DNA of 64,000 nucleotides from the NCBI GenBank assembly GCA_951406725.2, contig OX597815.1, positions 154,194,001 to 154,258,000 of the forward strand. Direction: 5' to 3'. A program made the position numbers and the translations under genes. Within the stretch, counting starts at the first letter, position 1; every line of letters begins with the position of its first letter. The DNA comes from Octopus vulgaris (Eukaryota). The notes under the pieces were generated by a model, which made no database searches, had not been told where the DNA came from, and saw nothing but the letters and a program-made list of their open reading frames with translations. Shown one piece after another: positions 13,214 to 26,353 of the stretch.

Positions 13214-13244
13214 TACTATGTATTTTGCTATATATATTTTACTA

Positions 13245-13304
<60 letters not shown>

Positions 13305-14044
13305 ATGTATATATATGTGTCATGTCATTTTTCAGCTCTACTGATAACATGTAACCCAATACAACCTGAAGCATAGTTGGATCGTCAGTGACTAAGCCAC
13401 TAACCCTTCCAAGCTTGGTTAGTCAGAAGGGTGATATTTAGTCACCCCTCACGGGTGGTAAAAGTAACCCATCTATGGCAAATAACGGAGGAACTCGTGA
13501 GAGTCAACGGTATCGAATATTGTGTGTGTGTGTTTGTGTGGTGAAGGCATGTGGCCTAATGTTTTAGGATATTTGGTTCACAGTCGTAAAGTCGTGAGTT
13601 TCATTGCGGTTGGATCGATGTGGCAAAAATGACTTGCAGATAGAATTTATAACGCCCGTATCGTCACATTCTCAGTCACACTCCTTGAGAACTACGCGTG
13701 TTTTTGAAGTGTTCAGCCATTTTCACGCTAATTTCACGACGAAGCTACTCCGTTAAACAGATTAACTGGGACACTTCTAAAAGACAGTATGTCAGAATTT
13801 TGCTCGCGCGCGCATGTATGCGTTGATGTGTATATTTATAATTTACAACCTTCCAACATATAACTTCTAACAAATTATATCATATTAAACAAATCCTATC
13901 ATATTTCATGTATTATATATGTATATAATATATGCAATTCTGAAAATTAGATAAAGGCGCAGGTGTGGCTGTCCGGTAAGAATATTTGTGAAAAGATTTG
14001 GTGGACAGAAACTGAAAGAAGCCCATCGTATATATATATATATA

Positions 14045-14307
14045 TACATTTCTTCGCTTACTTTTCCCCTTCAGCATATCCTTCTCCATCTGCTACTACT
14101 ATTGCTACTGCTGCTGCTGCTACAAAGGTAATGAGCTCTCAGAATCGTTAACGCGTCGATCAAAATGTTTAGCGTAATTTCTTCCGATCGTTTACGTTCT
14201 TAGTTCAAATCGTGCTGAGAAGAACTTAGCGTTTCATCAACTTCGAGATGATAAAATAAAGTACTGGTCAAGTACTGGAGTCACTGTGATTAATGTGTCC
14301 CATCCTC
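14045..14307. repeat. Near-identical inverted duplicate of 17300-17562
   Basis: ~260 bp reverse-complement match that includes a degenerate SINE C and its unique flank. Confidence 0.9.
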
Positions 14308-14308
14308 G

Positions 14309-14440
14309 TTAAATGCAAAATATAAATGAAGGTAAGGTGATATGAACTTGACTCTTATATAAATAAGTTTTTCTCTATTTAAACTCTCCATTTTTCTCAT
14401 ATAAGATCGTTATTTAAATACCGATCATATCAGGTGGCTA
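14309..14440. repeat. Direct duplicate of 12845-13014, lacking the internal (TA)n tract
   Basis: TTAAATGCAAAATATA..GAAGGTAAGGTGATATGAA...ATCATATCAGGT shared. Confidence 0.9.
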
Positions 14441-14446
14441 TATATA

Positions 14447-15715
14447 CGAGGGGCGTTCAATAAGTAATGCCCCTGACCCACTTGCAGCTGTTTGATCTAG
14501 CTGAAATTTTGCATCTGCAATTATTTCTACCTCTATAGATTAAGTGGCGAATTACAGCTCTGAACTAATTGTGGTTTTTGATTTACAGGTGTTTGAACTG
14601 AGTCAAGTGTGAAATGGAGCCTGTTGAGTGTCGAACAGTGATTCGGTTTTTGTATTTGAAAGGACGCACACCACGGGAGACTTTTGATGAAATGAAAGTA
14701 ACTTATGGTGATGATGCCCCATCCTATGACCTTGTAAAACGCTAGCATTGTGAATTCAAACATAGTCGGAACTCTGTGAAAACAGCTCCCAGATCTGGTC
14801 GCCCCCTTCTGCCGTTGATGAGACGTCTGTCCGTCAAGTTGAGGCTGCCATTTTGGAAGGTCAACGCATAACTATTCGCCAAATAGCCCATAAGGTCAAG
14901 ATTAGTACCGGGTCTGTGGAAACTATCATTCATGACCATTTGCATATGCAAAAGGTGTCTGCTAGATGGATTTCCAGGTTACTCACACCTTTCCAGAAGC
15001 AAGAACGCGTCGAGTGCTCGAGGATGAATTTGGAGATGTGCCAAGAAGATGAGTCAACATTTTTCAAAAGACTGATCACACAGGATAAAACCTGGGTCCA
15101 TCACTATGATCCATAGACCAAAGCCCAGTCAATGCAGTGAAAGCACCGTGACTCACCTCCTCCAAAGAAGGCAAGGGTGCAGCCCTCCGCTGACAAGGTT
15201 ATGCTCACAGTCTTCTGGGACCAGGACGGAGTAGTGATGACAGATTTCCTGGCAAAGGGTACCACAATTACAGGAGCCTATTATGCTTCACTTTTGAGGA
15301 AATTAAGAGAAGCTATCAAAATCAAGAGGCGGGGCAAGATCAACAAAGGCATCCTCCTCCTGCAGCACAACGCTCCGGTCCACAACTCGCGTGTCGCCAG
15401 ATCAGAAGCACAGGCGTGCAGCTATGAACTCCTCCCCTTGCACCCTCTGATTTTCACCTCTTCCCAGCCATGAAGTTGATTTTGAAAGGAAAGTGTTTCC
15501 CAGATGATGCAGCCTTGATTTCTGAAGTCACGTCGTGGTTGGAGGACTAAGCTGGGGTCTTCTACAAAAACGGTCTCCAGAGCTGTATCAAACGATGAGA
15601 GAAATGCATAACTCTGAGTAGTTCCTATGTAGGAAATGACTAATAACTGTGCCAAGTGTCGTTGCTCTACTGCTATGGGAAGTGGGTCAGGGGCATTACT
15701 TATTGAACGCCCCTC

Positions 15716-15716
<1 letters not shown>
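14447..15716 (+). mobile_element. Full-length defective mariner transposon
   Basis: 37-bp TIRs CGAGGGGCGTTCAATAAGTAATGCCCCTGACCCACTT with TA flanks. Transposase has stops, frameshifts and a deletion removing YSPD. Confidence 0.95.
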
Positions 15717-15782
<66 letters not shown>

Positions 15783-15917
15783 TGCGTGTGTTGCGTGTCT
15801 GTGTGTGTGTGTATGTAAAAGGTATTATAAATTATATTCTGTATTCAGAATACATTTTTAGCTTTATTCTCCTGTCCCATAAAATATTAGACTTTGTATC
15901 TTGTTAAAATAAATGAA

Positions 15918-16350
15918 AATAGCTCAGTACTTAAAATGCTCATTTTGCAAACACGTGGGCCTCGGTTCAAGAACTGTGAGCGGCATATTGGGAAATTACC
16001 ATCTTAAATAGCTTGAATGCGAACCGCGGATTCAGAGTGGAATTGGGTCGAGAGATACTCCGTGGTAAGGAAATTCCTTTCGCAATTACGAAATGCTGGG
16101 TTCAAGAACCGTGCGGAGCATCTAGGGTAAATGCCTTTTGCCGTAACATGAAACAGTTTTCCTCTTTCAATTTCACTAAGAAATTGAATAGAGGGAAACT
16201 GCACGGTTATGAAGTTTATTTTCAACTCACAGGATGCCGAGTTCAATTACCACGCGTGGCATGTTGGGCAAAGAACATTTACCAAAACCTCGAATCGAAC
16301 CAAGGATTCTGAATAACAAAGGATAGACGGAAAGTGAGCTGTAAAATACG
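15918..16350 (+). repeat. Three head-to-tail, highly decayed SINE A heads (~140-bp period)
   Basis: Each unit has a GGTTCAA/AGTTCAA B-box, G(G/A)CAT..(T/A)GGG and an AGA.GGAAA-like end, resembling 26191-26353. Confidence 0.55.
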
Positions 16351-16484
16351 GTATCTAATTGCAAAGTTTAGTTTCATTATACACAGCCACTCTGATTCTA
16401 TCTAAAAGTCACGTTCAGGTTAGACGTGTCAGTAGGAAAAAAACAGCAACTTCGGATGTTAATTCAGTTAGTTGTTCAATTAAT

Positions 16485-16561
<77 letters not shown>

Positions 16562-18472
16562 ATAATAGGCACTTGTAGGATCTTAAGCACTCAGGCATAT
16601 TGATTTATTTTAACAAAAACAAAGCCTAGTATTTTATGAGAAATGACGACAAAGCTACAAGTTCTAGAATATAATATTCTTCTAGAGGTTAAAATATGAA
16701 AAATATTATCTTGATACAAGACGTAATATAATACCTGGTGTGACAGAAGAAAATGAAAATTTAATTAGACGCATAAAATTGCAGAACTACTCAGGTTAAG
16801 AGCATATGTATGTGGATAAGGAGACATGTGACTTGATATTTTAAGAGCTTTCTTTGTCTTCTATAGGAACGGAAAATTTATTGTTGTTAAAACTAACTTC
16901 AATAGCTTTTTTAATGCTTGAGAAGTATCATATGACAGATAGAAACATTGGGGTACATAGATATTCGTGTTTCCAAAGATATTCATGTTTCAAACAAAAA
17001 TGTGCTTTAACATCGTGGGTATAGAATAGTGAAATATCTAACAAAGTGGTGATTATACTCAAGTAGTAATAGTTGTAATATTGATCTCAAATTTTTGTAC
17101 AAGGTCGACTGGTATTTATTTTATCGAGCTCTAAAAGATGAAAGGCAAAGTCGACCTCAGCGGAATTTAAACTCAAAATGTGAAGACGGGATAAAGGCTG
17201 CTAACCATATTTTCAGATGTGCTAACGATTCTGCCCGCTCGCCGTCATTGTTGTAGTAGTAATATTGTTTTTAATTTTGGCGCAAGAGAGCAATTTTAGG
17301 AGGAGGGAACACATTAATCACAGTGACTCCAGTACTTGACCAGTACTTTATTTTATCATCTCGAAGTTGATGAAACGCTAAGTTCTTCTCAGCACGATTT
17401 GAACTAAGAACGTAAACGATCGGAAGAAATTACGCTAAACATTTTGATCGACGCGTTAACGATTCTGAGAGCTCATTACCTTTGTAGCAGCAGCAGCAGT
17501 AGCAATAGTAGTAGCAGATGGAGAAGGATATGCTGAAGGGGAAAAGTAAGCGAAGAAATGTAGAAGAAACGAAAATTAAAAAAAAACAAGTCTTTGAGAA
17601 AGAAGATGAAAAGAAATGTCTTGGACGAGCACTGACTGGATAAATAGTAAAGTGACATTTAAAATGTCAAAGAAATAGAATAAATTCTAAAAAAAATTAC
17701 AGTATTTTGTCTACGTGCACTAATTTTGTTTTGTATGAATGTACATTGAAATATATGTTATCGGATATTATGCAGTTAAAATACTATTTCCTGTTGATCA
17801 AAATTACTGAAAATGAATATTAATGAAAGTTGATGCCGCAGAGAATATATACATTTTGTAAATTTTAATCAGAAAATGATTTCGCATGGTAGACTGTAGT
17901 GGTTTGAACGGCAAATAGAGAAATTAATTTTTTTGTAACTAAACACTTTCAAACTTCGTATACTGGTAGAATGTGTCATATTGAACGTCTTTTACGGTTA
18001 GCATTTTTGAGAAAAGGTTATATTTACGAAGTTATTTTGTGTTAAAGTTGTGGTATTTCGGTAATTTCAACCAATCAATAACGTGCATTCAGCTGAATAA
18101 AATTACTGCTATTGTTTGTCATCAACAACTTCCGGCGGTGTATATTTCGTTTGTCACTGTTATTTATGACATATTTCCTCTCAGTTACGTTTGTATGACT
18201 AAATGAGTGTGCCTGAAGCATGTTTACTTCATGGCACCATCATAATCGTTCGTGCATTTCTACTGCTTTTAGTCCCAGCAATTCTTGGGAGGGGTAAATC
18301 GTTTAATCGGTCCCAATGCTCACATGATACTTATTTTATCGACTCCGAAGAGGATGAATGATAGAATCGACCCCGCCGGCATTTGAACTCAGAACCTAAA
18401 GACGGGCGAAATGCCGCTAGACATTTTGCCCAGCGTACTAACGATTCCACCAGCTCGCCGCCTTAGTGAGAT

Positions 18473-18536
18473 GCTTATAGCATCGAGGTTTCCCAAGCGG
18501 TCACACATCTAAGTACTAATCAGGCTTTTCGTTGCT
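18473..18536 (-). pseudogene. 5S rRNA-derived fragment (3' half)
   Basis: Minus strand AGCAACG..GCCTGATTAGTACTTAGATGTGTGACCGCTTGGGAAACCTCGATGCTATAAGC resembles the 3' half of metazoan 5S rRNA, including box C. Confidence 0.8.
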
Positions 18537-19199
18537 ACATGTGTACTCTTACTAATTTCAAACTTGCTGTCTGACATACTGTATTTTTCTTTTTTGTTTT
18601 TAGCTGAAAACTCAACATCGATACCTCTTCTTTCATTTGTTTGCTTGCGTTCATTGACATATATTTTTATATTTGTTTTGATTTTGTTTAGTCTAGGCGC
18701 AGCTTAGCTTTTGTTTAATGTGATTTCTTCTGGGAGCGGTTTACGCATGAAAAGAAATTATTTTTTCATTTGGAATTAAATGCTTAAAATAAAAACAGAA
18801 ATATTTTTCAGATCCGACTTTTAGTGTCTGATCTGTTATGATATAGACATTTCAAAAGTTTCTATAATATTTTGTTTGAAATAATATCCAACATGAAAAT
18901 TAATTCTTTCAGTTTTACTTGGAAAACAAAAAGCTGTGCAAAATTTGTGCACCACCACCACCACCACCAACAACAACAACTACTAATACTAATGGTTTCA
19001 ATTTTTGGCACAAGGTCAGTAATTTAGGGGTAAGGAGGTAAGTCGATTGCTTATTTTATCGAAACCCGAAAGGTTGAAAGGCAAGGTCGACCTCGACAGA
19101 ATTTGAACTCAGAACGTAAAGAAAAACGAAATATCACAAAACATTTTGCCCGACGTGCTAACGACTTTTCCATTTGCCGCCTTAATAACAATGATGACG

Positions 19200-19258
<59 letters not shown>

Positions 19259-19414
19259 CTTTTCTACTAAAAGCACAATGCTTGAAACTCGGGTAGAAGA
19301 GACGAGTATATTCCATCGACCCCAGTGTTTCATTGGTACTTTGTTTATCGACCCCTAATGGATGGAAGGCAAAGTCGACCTCGGCGAAATTTGAACTCAG
19401 AACGTAGCGACGGG

Positions 19415-19440
19415 TGATAATGATAATAATGATAATAACA

Positions 19441-19476
<36 letters not shown>

Positions 19477-19560
19477 GTGATGGTGATGATGATGATGCTG
19501 ATGATGATGATTATGATGATGATGATTATGATGATGATGATGAGGTTGATGATGATGATG
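19415..19560. repeat. (ATG)n/(ATA)n trinucleotide microsatellite, representative of dozens of (TA)n, (CA)n, (CT)n, (TAGA)n, (TACA)n and (TAA)n tracts across the window
   Basis: Directly visible. Confidence 0.95.
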
Positions 19561-20300
19561 CTTTCTTTTTATTGGCCACAAAGGGCTAGGTTGTTGAGGA
19601 TAATATCAAAGGAAAAACATTATCATAACAACGATCGTTTCTAATTTAGGCACCAAGGGTCGAAATTTGGAAGTGCACTATAGTCATTGTATTGACAGCA
19701 GCACTTCAATGGCATTTTATTTTATCGATCTCAAAAGGATGAAAGTTAAAGTTGACCTTGGCGGTAATAATAGTGATGATGATGACGACGACGACGACGA
19801 CGATGATAATAAATACACCAAACATACATTCCCAGAGTGCACAAATGCCCACCTCCTGTTTTCGTGAAACTAAAGTATTTCAACTTTCTCCTTACTCGTG
19901 TTTGACATAGTTCGTGAGCTAAAATAATTTCCCATACATCAACAACTGTGTGTTTCAGTTCATTCATTACTGAGTACTGCAATGGACTCTTCCTGTTTTC
20001 TCTCCAGATGTAATAGCTTGAAATTTCTCTTTCCCGCAGCTGGAGAAAATCTTGAAAACGAAGAGAGTTTTGTATAGTACAGTCGATATAAAAATGCATC
20101 TCCAGGAGGGGTTTGCTAAAGTGTAGGATCTTTCTGCATTACATGACGTTTGTGATTGTGTGTATGTGAACAACTCTACGTTGTTTTTGGTTTTCTTATT
20201 GCTACTCGACTCTTCCAGTAAACACTTCTCTCAGTGTTCACTTGTCTCTTCATATTTTTTCCTCTTAATATTTTCACCTATACTGTGTGTATGTGTGTGT

Positions 20301-20370
<70 letters not shown>

Positions 20371-20678
20371 ATGAGTGTTTGCGTGCGTGTGTGTGGGCTG
20401 GGAAAATATATTTATATGTTGAGTGGGCATGTCTAGTTGATATATTATGCTAAATGTCGCCTAGCGAAAAAGATATTTTTAGAATGTCCTTTTTCAATAA
20501 ATGTGACAAACAAACAGGAAACTTCTTAACACCTGGAGTAATAACTTACAGACGGACACGTAAACAATAATCCAATTTTTGCGAAACTCCATAGACAGGC
20601 GTGTAAATAAAAAAACAAGGCAAGAACCAACAGCGACCATAACAACAATAAAAATAAGACTACTGAATAATAATAATA

Positions 20679-20739
<61 letters not shown>

Positions 20740-20890
20740 TTCTTAAACATTCTCTAGAACAACACTATGTACAAAACCAAATATATGGCACCCTAGGCAT
20801 AACACAAACATGAACTTCCAACTCGTCTCTTGAGGTCTATGGGTGAGACTTGGAGCCAACTTGTACAAATGTAAAGCAAAAGTCAAACAT
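20740..20890 (+). mobile_element. Possible 3' end of an R4/Dong-like element within (TAA)n
   Basis: CTCTTGAGGTCTATGGGTGAGACTTGGAG motif, flanked on both sides by TAA repeats (a known Dong-type target). Confidence 0.4.
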
Positions 20891-20910
20891 AAAATAATAA
20901 TAATAATAAA

Positions 20911-21463
20911 ATGCTCTGATGCAGTACCAGACAGTGGCTCTCGTGGCTTCTGATCTTAACTGATTGGAAGTGTTATCATGTACATTGATTTGTCTTGGTA
21001 TAAAAGATGGGCTACAGCAAATATTCTGCTCAATACCACAGATTTGCTTGTCAGTTGTTTCACCTTAACCAGTTGAGCATGTCCCTTCGTGGCTGACGAT
21101 ATGTGCATCTCTGATCATGAGCAGAAGTAGTGGGGGAGCAGCATAGCCATAGGTTGAGAAGGATTCTTCGGGGTTTGAATAATTCACCTCTGGAAACATT
21201 GTTGTTTCGTTCAACATCCATAAACAATCTTTATTCAGGGACCTTTTGAGCGGGATGTGCTACTCGACTAGAAGAAAATTCTAACTGAGCCCCACCTGCA
21301 GGGTCATGCGCTGTTTATCTTGATACGAGATCACCATGTCGTGCACATATGGTTGTGATGCACGTGCGTAGTGTACCCTTATCAGACGGGTAGTCATGAT
21401 GGGTATACTCGGCTTCGTATATTTTACCCCAGTGTCACTTTGATGGCATGCACTGCTCTCTCA
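20911..21463. repeat. ~550-bp non-coding segment bounded by (TAA)n, probable interspersed repeat
   Basis: More GC-rich than its surroundings, with sharp TAA-repeat boundaries and no long ORF. Confidence 0.4.
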
Positions 21464-21464
21464 C

Positions 21465-21495
<31 letters not shown>

Positions 21496-21550
21496 TAATA
21501 ATAATAATAATACTAATGATAACAACAACAATAATACTAATAATAATATT

Positions 21551-21601
<51 letters not shown>

Positions 21602-22135
21602 TATTATTATTATTATTATTATTATTATCATTATCATAAGGTCATAGAAGTACTTTAAACTATAACGACAGAAGCTACCTCACCAGGGCAGTCACTACAA
21701 GGACAGAAACAACCACGACAACAGTAAAAACGATCATAGAAGGATAAGCATGAACACCGAAGCCACCATGACTACAGGAAATAGCAAAAATAGCCAGAAG
21801 ATTGAAAATAAGAATACAATAAATCCAAGAGAGAAGTAGTGTTTAGAACAGTACTACCACAACCACCACTGAGTGTATCAATACAAGCAAATGATATTAA
21901 TATTAACAAAAATATGCCCTGGGTATGAAACATCATCCGGTTGTGTCGAATCGAACTGGGATGAATAAGATAACGCTTAACCACAACTACCTTCAGGTCA
22001 CCGTTGGGCAATAAGAGGTTGGCGTCCGGCGGGGTTAAGTCTGTCTCACAGGATGAGGGTGTCAGATTAGCGTTGGTCGGCAACCCCGCGAGAGGTGGTG
22101 TATCAATAAAAATATCGGTGGTTGTGTCACCTTAC

Positions 22136-22318
22136 CACCAGAATCCTCATGGGCGAAAATGTTAAATACAAGGTATCATGCAACGGCATGAATGAAGCAA
22201 GAATGGTAAACAGAGTATACGAGAGTAGGTGTGGACTCTGCGAGCTTTGGTTAGCAACCCACTTAGTGCTGGTGTTACGGTAAAAATACTGGTGATCGCA
22301 CAACTTTACAAATACTAA
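22136..22318 (-). CDS. Candidate internal exon (phase 0-0, 61 codons), unknown product
   Basis: catcactcatttacag acceptor, GTG|gtaagg donor, open frame LVFVKLCDHQ...PMRILV. The plus strand has weak RTE-like similarity, so this may be chance. Confidence 0.2.
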
Positions 22319-22349
22319 CTGTAAATGAGTGATGTCAAAATAAATCATA

Positions 22350-22935
22350 AATACTCAGAGAGCGTAAACCTCAACCAAGGCCTCTCAACGATTAGCAGGA
22401 AATGATTTTTGAAATGGGAATATCTGAATTACACTCGACTGCTCTCACAAATGAGAATACTAAAAATGAACCCGACCGCTCTCAAAAATTAAGTAAAGAA
22501 AAAAGATAGAGAAACGAACATAAAACTTTGGAAACAGCAACGCCTCCATAACTTACGTGGAAAGCAATAAGCGTGCTTTCAAGGGAGATAATCAGAGAAA
22601 GACTTGAAAATGAACGTAATGTAAAGTAAATATAACAAATAATCCAGAATCCTCGTCCGGTACCGGATCGATCCCCAAATCAAATCAGTGCATTTCTATT
22701 TTTCATATATGTTTTATGTCCCACATGTTTTGTTTTGTCACCTCTATGTTAGCCCGCATAGGTAAAAAAAACAAACAGATCCCCAAATCTAATCAGTTCG
22801 TACCAGTCACAAGGCGAAACATCCTGAAAGTTCCACCCGAATCCATCAAGCGGTTCTTGCGATATCTTGTCCACGGTCAAACAAACTTACAAACAAAACT
22901 GAAAACAACACCCCGCCTTCGCTAAGGCGGCGATT
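22350..22935. mobile_element. Helentron-type non-autonomous element (HINE/DINE-1-like)
   Basis: ACTCAGAGAGCG.AAACCTC..CCAAGG start, internal GATCCCCAAATC repeats, (ACAA)n and terminal CCGCCTT..AAGGCGG hairpin. Confidence 0.55.
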
Positions 22936-23239
22936 ATAATAATCACAACTGAGCTAACGGCGAAGGTATCTAGAACGGCAGGTAAGGAGCGTCTAATCAA
23001 TTTCCAGCAGGTCTTCATCAAGCGATTGATGAGGACCAGAATCGAAGCCAAATGTGCAAAAGGAAGCAAATGATATGGGAAAAAAAGGTAAGCAAAATTG
23101 TAATTGAATAAAAGAGGTTTCAAGAAACAAATGAAGAGAATATGGGATGAAAAAAGAATTTTCGAAGCATCCGCCCAGGTAATGAAGGGGTGAGAGATGA
23201 AGAGTATGAAAAGGAAGGACATCACTATGTGCCTGAGAT

Positions 23240-23935
23240 TGCCGAGGAAATAAATAGTGTAGATCTTCTACACTATGGAAAATACTGCACCTGACTTGAA
23301 TGACGAAGTGTAGATTCTAGAAATACTGCAAGGGAAAATGTATGATGAGAACAATGAAGTACTACTAAATGTCAATTATATAGACAGAGGGAAGGTAAGC
23401 AGAACCACAGGTAGAGTAAATGACGTTTTGAGCTTGACTAGAACAGAAAATATTAGTGAAATAAACCAGCTTATCAAAGCAGCTGCTAATGCAGTAGCTG
23501 ACATAGCAGGATACAAAGTGGGAGACTGAAGAAATGAAAGGAAAGGAAAAGAAAAAAAAAAAAAACAAGCTGGAGGAAGAGAATGCGAATGAAGTTGGAA
23601 AAGACGAGGAAAGAACTGGGCAATTGAATAGGATAATGAGAGGAGAGCTCAAGAATGAGGCAGTAATCAGAAAATTGAATGAGCAGTGCAGGTTAGAAAA
23701 AAGGGGAAAGCAAACAGTACCTGAAGAATTGTCACAAAAGATGACAACGTTGAAGGCCAATCTGAAAAGATATGATGCTAGATACAAAGGCTTCGAACAG
23801 AATAGACTGTTGCAATGCAATAGAAGGCGTCTTTTTTAGGAATTAGAGGGTGGCAACATCAGGAAATGAGTTCTGATGCAGAAGGAAGTAAAATATTTTG
23901 GGAAGAACTGTGCCACAGGCCAGTGATAAACAGGA
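23240..23935 (+). mobile_element. Decayed R4/Dong-like non-LTR ORF (pre-RT region)
   Basis: ENISEINQLIKAAANAV, KANLKRYDARYKGFEQNRLLQCNRRRLF and KIFWEEL resemble conserved R4-clade motifs. Confidence 0.6.
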
Positions 23936-23954
23936 AGAAAGTGCAGATTGGGTA

Positions 23955-24160
23955 ACACTGGTGTAGACAAGCACTTGACTGGAACCCGCGGGGGAAAAGG
24001 AAGCGAGGACTCCCGAACCAGACATGGAAGTGGAGCATTTTGGACGAGCTCGGGGCCACCGGACTGCCCCGGGAAGCAGCCAAGAAACACGCCAATGACC
24101 GCAAAACGTGGAAAACAACTATTGAGGCCCTATGCTCCACAAAGAGAAAAAGGAATAAGA
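23955..24160 (+). mobile_element. 3' end of an RTE-clade LINE
   Basis: RQALDWNPRGKRKRGLPNQTW...ANDRKTWKTTIEALCS is a typical RTE C-terminus. Confidence 0.8.
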
Positions 24161-24344
24161 GATACAGCGACGGAGTAGTCACTACTGACAAGCTGATAAT
24201 ATTCCAGGTGAAACCTATGGGTAAGTTATCTCCGCTCAGAGTATATGAAAATGTCCTCTTTCGCAGCTTTGAGGTTTTTAAACTCTCATTTGAAGCAACA
24301 TAGGTGCTACGCAGCACTCCCAATCACGATAAGTGACAACTGAA

Positions 24345-24630
24345 TCTATATATATAAAGCTGAAGTTGTCTGTGTGTGTGTGTGTGGCAGGTGTGGTAGC
24401 CTTCAACTAACACTATCTCCTCAGAGACCCTGCGGCGCAAGTTGACCAAAATTGAGCATATGTTAGAAGAAGGCTTGTTCTTCATTACGCAGAAGAAAAA
24501 ATCAAATCGGACCATGTTAAGACCAACATTTATTTACATAAAAAAGGTGCTTTTTTCTATGAAAATCCCTATTTTTTACGATTTTTTGACTGCTGTGTCG
24601 CCATTTTTCGGTGTATTTCAACCGAAAAAA
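24345..24630 (+). mobile_element. 5' portion of a non-autonomous Helitron
   Basis: A|TCTATATATATAAAG..GTCTGTGTGT start and TTGACCAAAATTG motif. Confidence 0.55.
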
Positions 24631-24920
24631 TAATAAAGGGTAAAATTAAGTAATTAATTAAAAATCAATAATTTTTCCAAGTAGTAAAATTATATTTCTA
24701 CTCTATTATTGTTCTCTTCAGTACAGTAATTTATTAATTTTGATAATATAATTCTCTCCCTGATAGTAAACTACAGTTTTTTGTGTATAATTTTATACGA
24801 GATCTCATTCGTCTGTTTGAATTCGGAAGTACTGGTCGTTAGATGTATGTTGTCTGATGTCGCCTGGTCAGATAAGTATGTTTAATTTTTTCAGTGGTCT
24901 CAAATTTAAAATGTTGAATT

Positions 24921-25002
24921 ACTGTACTGATGAGGAGAGTGAGTGAGTAGAAATATGATTTTACATTTTCATATCTCTCTAACTCGAAAACGCGTATAAA
25001 GT
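24921..25002 (+). ncRNA. Type I hammerhead motif with long stem II, in a PLE pLTR-like fragment; diverged inverted copy at ~24680-24740
   Basis: ACTGTA-CTGATGA-GGAGAG...CTCTCTAACTC-GAAA-ACGCGT-A-TAAAGT, with palindromic stem III ACGCGT. The inverted copy has AATTACTGTACTGAAGAG. Confidence 0.6.
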
Positions 25003-25284
25003 TAATCAAAGTCGGGTGGATTCATTATTTCTTCTCTTTACCTGCGTGGGTTGTTGAGTATTGCTGTCTGGGAGATTTTCTTATGATAGTGAAATAGTTT
25101 AGTTTTAACAGCTATTTCTAAATTTCGTTATTTGTGAAGCAAATTTTGCTGAAGCCTACTTCTAATTATACTCATAATTATTTTTTTTTATAGGTTTACC
25201 GATAATCGTTCTTTTAACATACCAAACTACTTGGTAAAATTATTAATTAGTTACTTAATTTTACACTTTATTATTATTGATAAT

Positions 25285-25374
<90 letters not shown>

Positions 25375-26083
25375 GGTTTTCACACAATTACCGTTTACCA
25401 AATTACCTCTTAAGGCATTGGTCGACTTGGATTGAAACCGAAACTATCTAGTTAGCAAGCAAGCCTCTTAAACAAGCAACACTGTCGGTGTTTAGGTCGA
25501 TTTCCTTGCGGTGATTTCTTTTGAAGATGGTCAATTTACCTTTTTCACTGCCGGACGAACAATCGTTTCCATTGTCTTACAGTCAATATTACTTATTACT
25601 TCATTTAATATCTTCTGTAAAAGGATTTGTCCATTGGGAAATTAAATAATTTTCAATTTCTATTAAGTGTTTTATAGTAGTTATGCAAATGCCAAACAAA
25701 AAGCAACAGAAATTGCCATCATATAAAAGAAGAAACACGTCAACTACAAGTTATTGCAATTAAACAAATAAAATAAAATATGCGAATATTATTAGTATTC
25801 AAATTAAAGAAAACAATATTTGAACATCTTCATTAAACTAAATAAAAAAAATAAAAATAAAACAATAAACAAAAAATAATTTCAAAACTAAAATATTTCA
25901 AGATAAAATATTTAAAAAAATGCTACTTTCTTTATTAGTGTCGAACATATGATATTATCAATATAACCCCTTGTGACAGTTAATTAGCGCGTTAAGAAAT
26001 ATTACATTATATAATACAAAATGAGACGTCTATATAATTCTCACACGTCAGATGTTTTTTATGTATAATATCAAATCGTATAT

Positions 26084-26353
<270 letters not shown>

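Larger units (their letters stand above)
17090..19765 (-). mobile_element. Cluster of decayed SINE C copies (~17090-17245, 17280-17480, 18260-18462, 19000-19180, 19260-19415, 19640-19765) among (TAA)n/(ATG)n tracts
   Basis: Repeated AAGGCAAAGTCGACCTCGGCGGAATTTGAACTCAGAAC-like motif on the plus strand. Confidence 0.75.

Noticed and set aside
13395-13490. Cluster of short hairpins resembling an HDV-like ribozyme
   Set aside because: P1 and the nested pseudoknot could not be assigned consistently.
16735-16860. Minus-strand exon between cctatag and CAG|gtatta
   Set aside because: Stops occur in all three frames.
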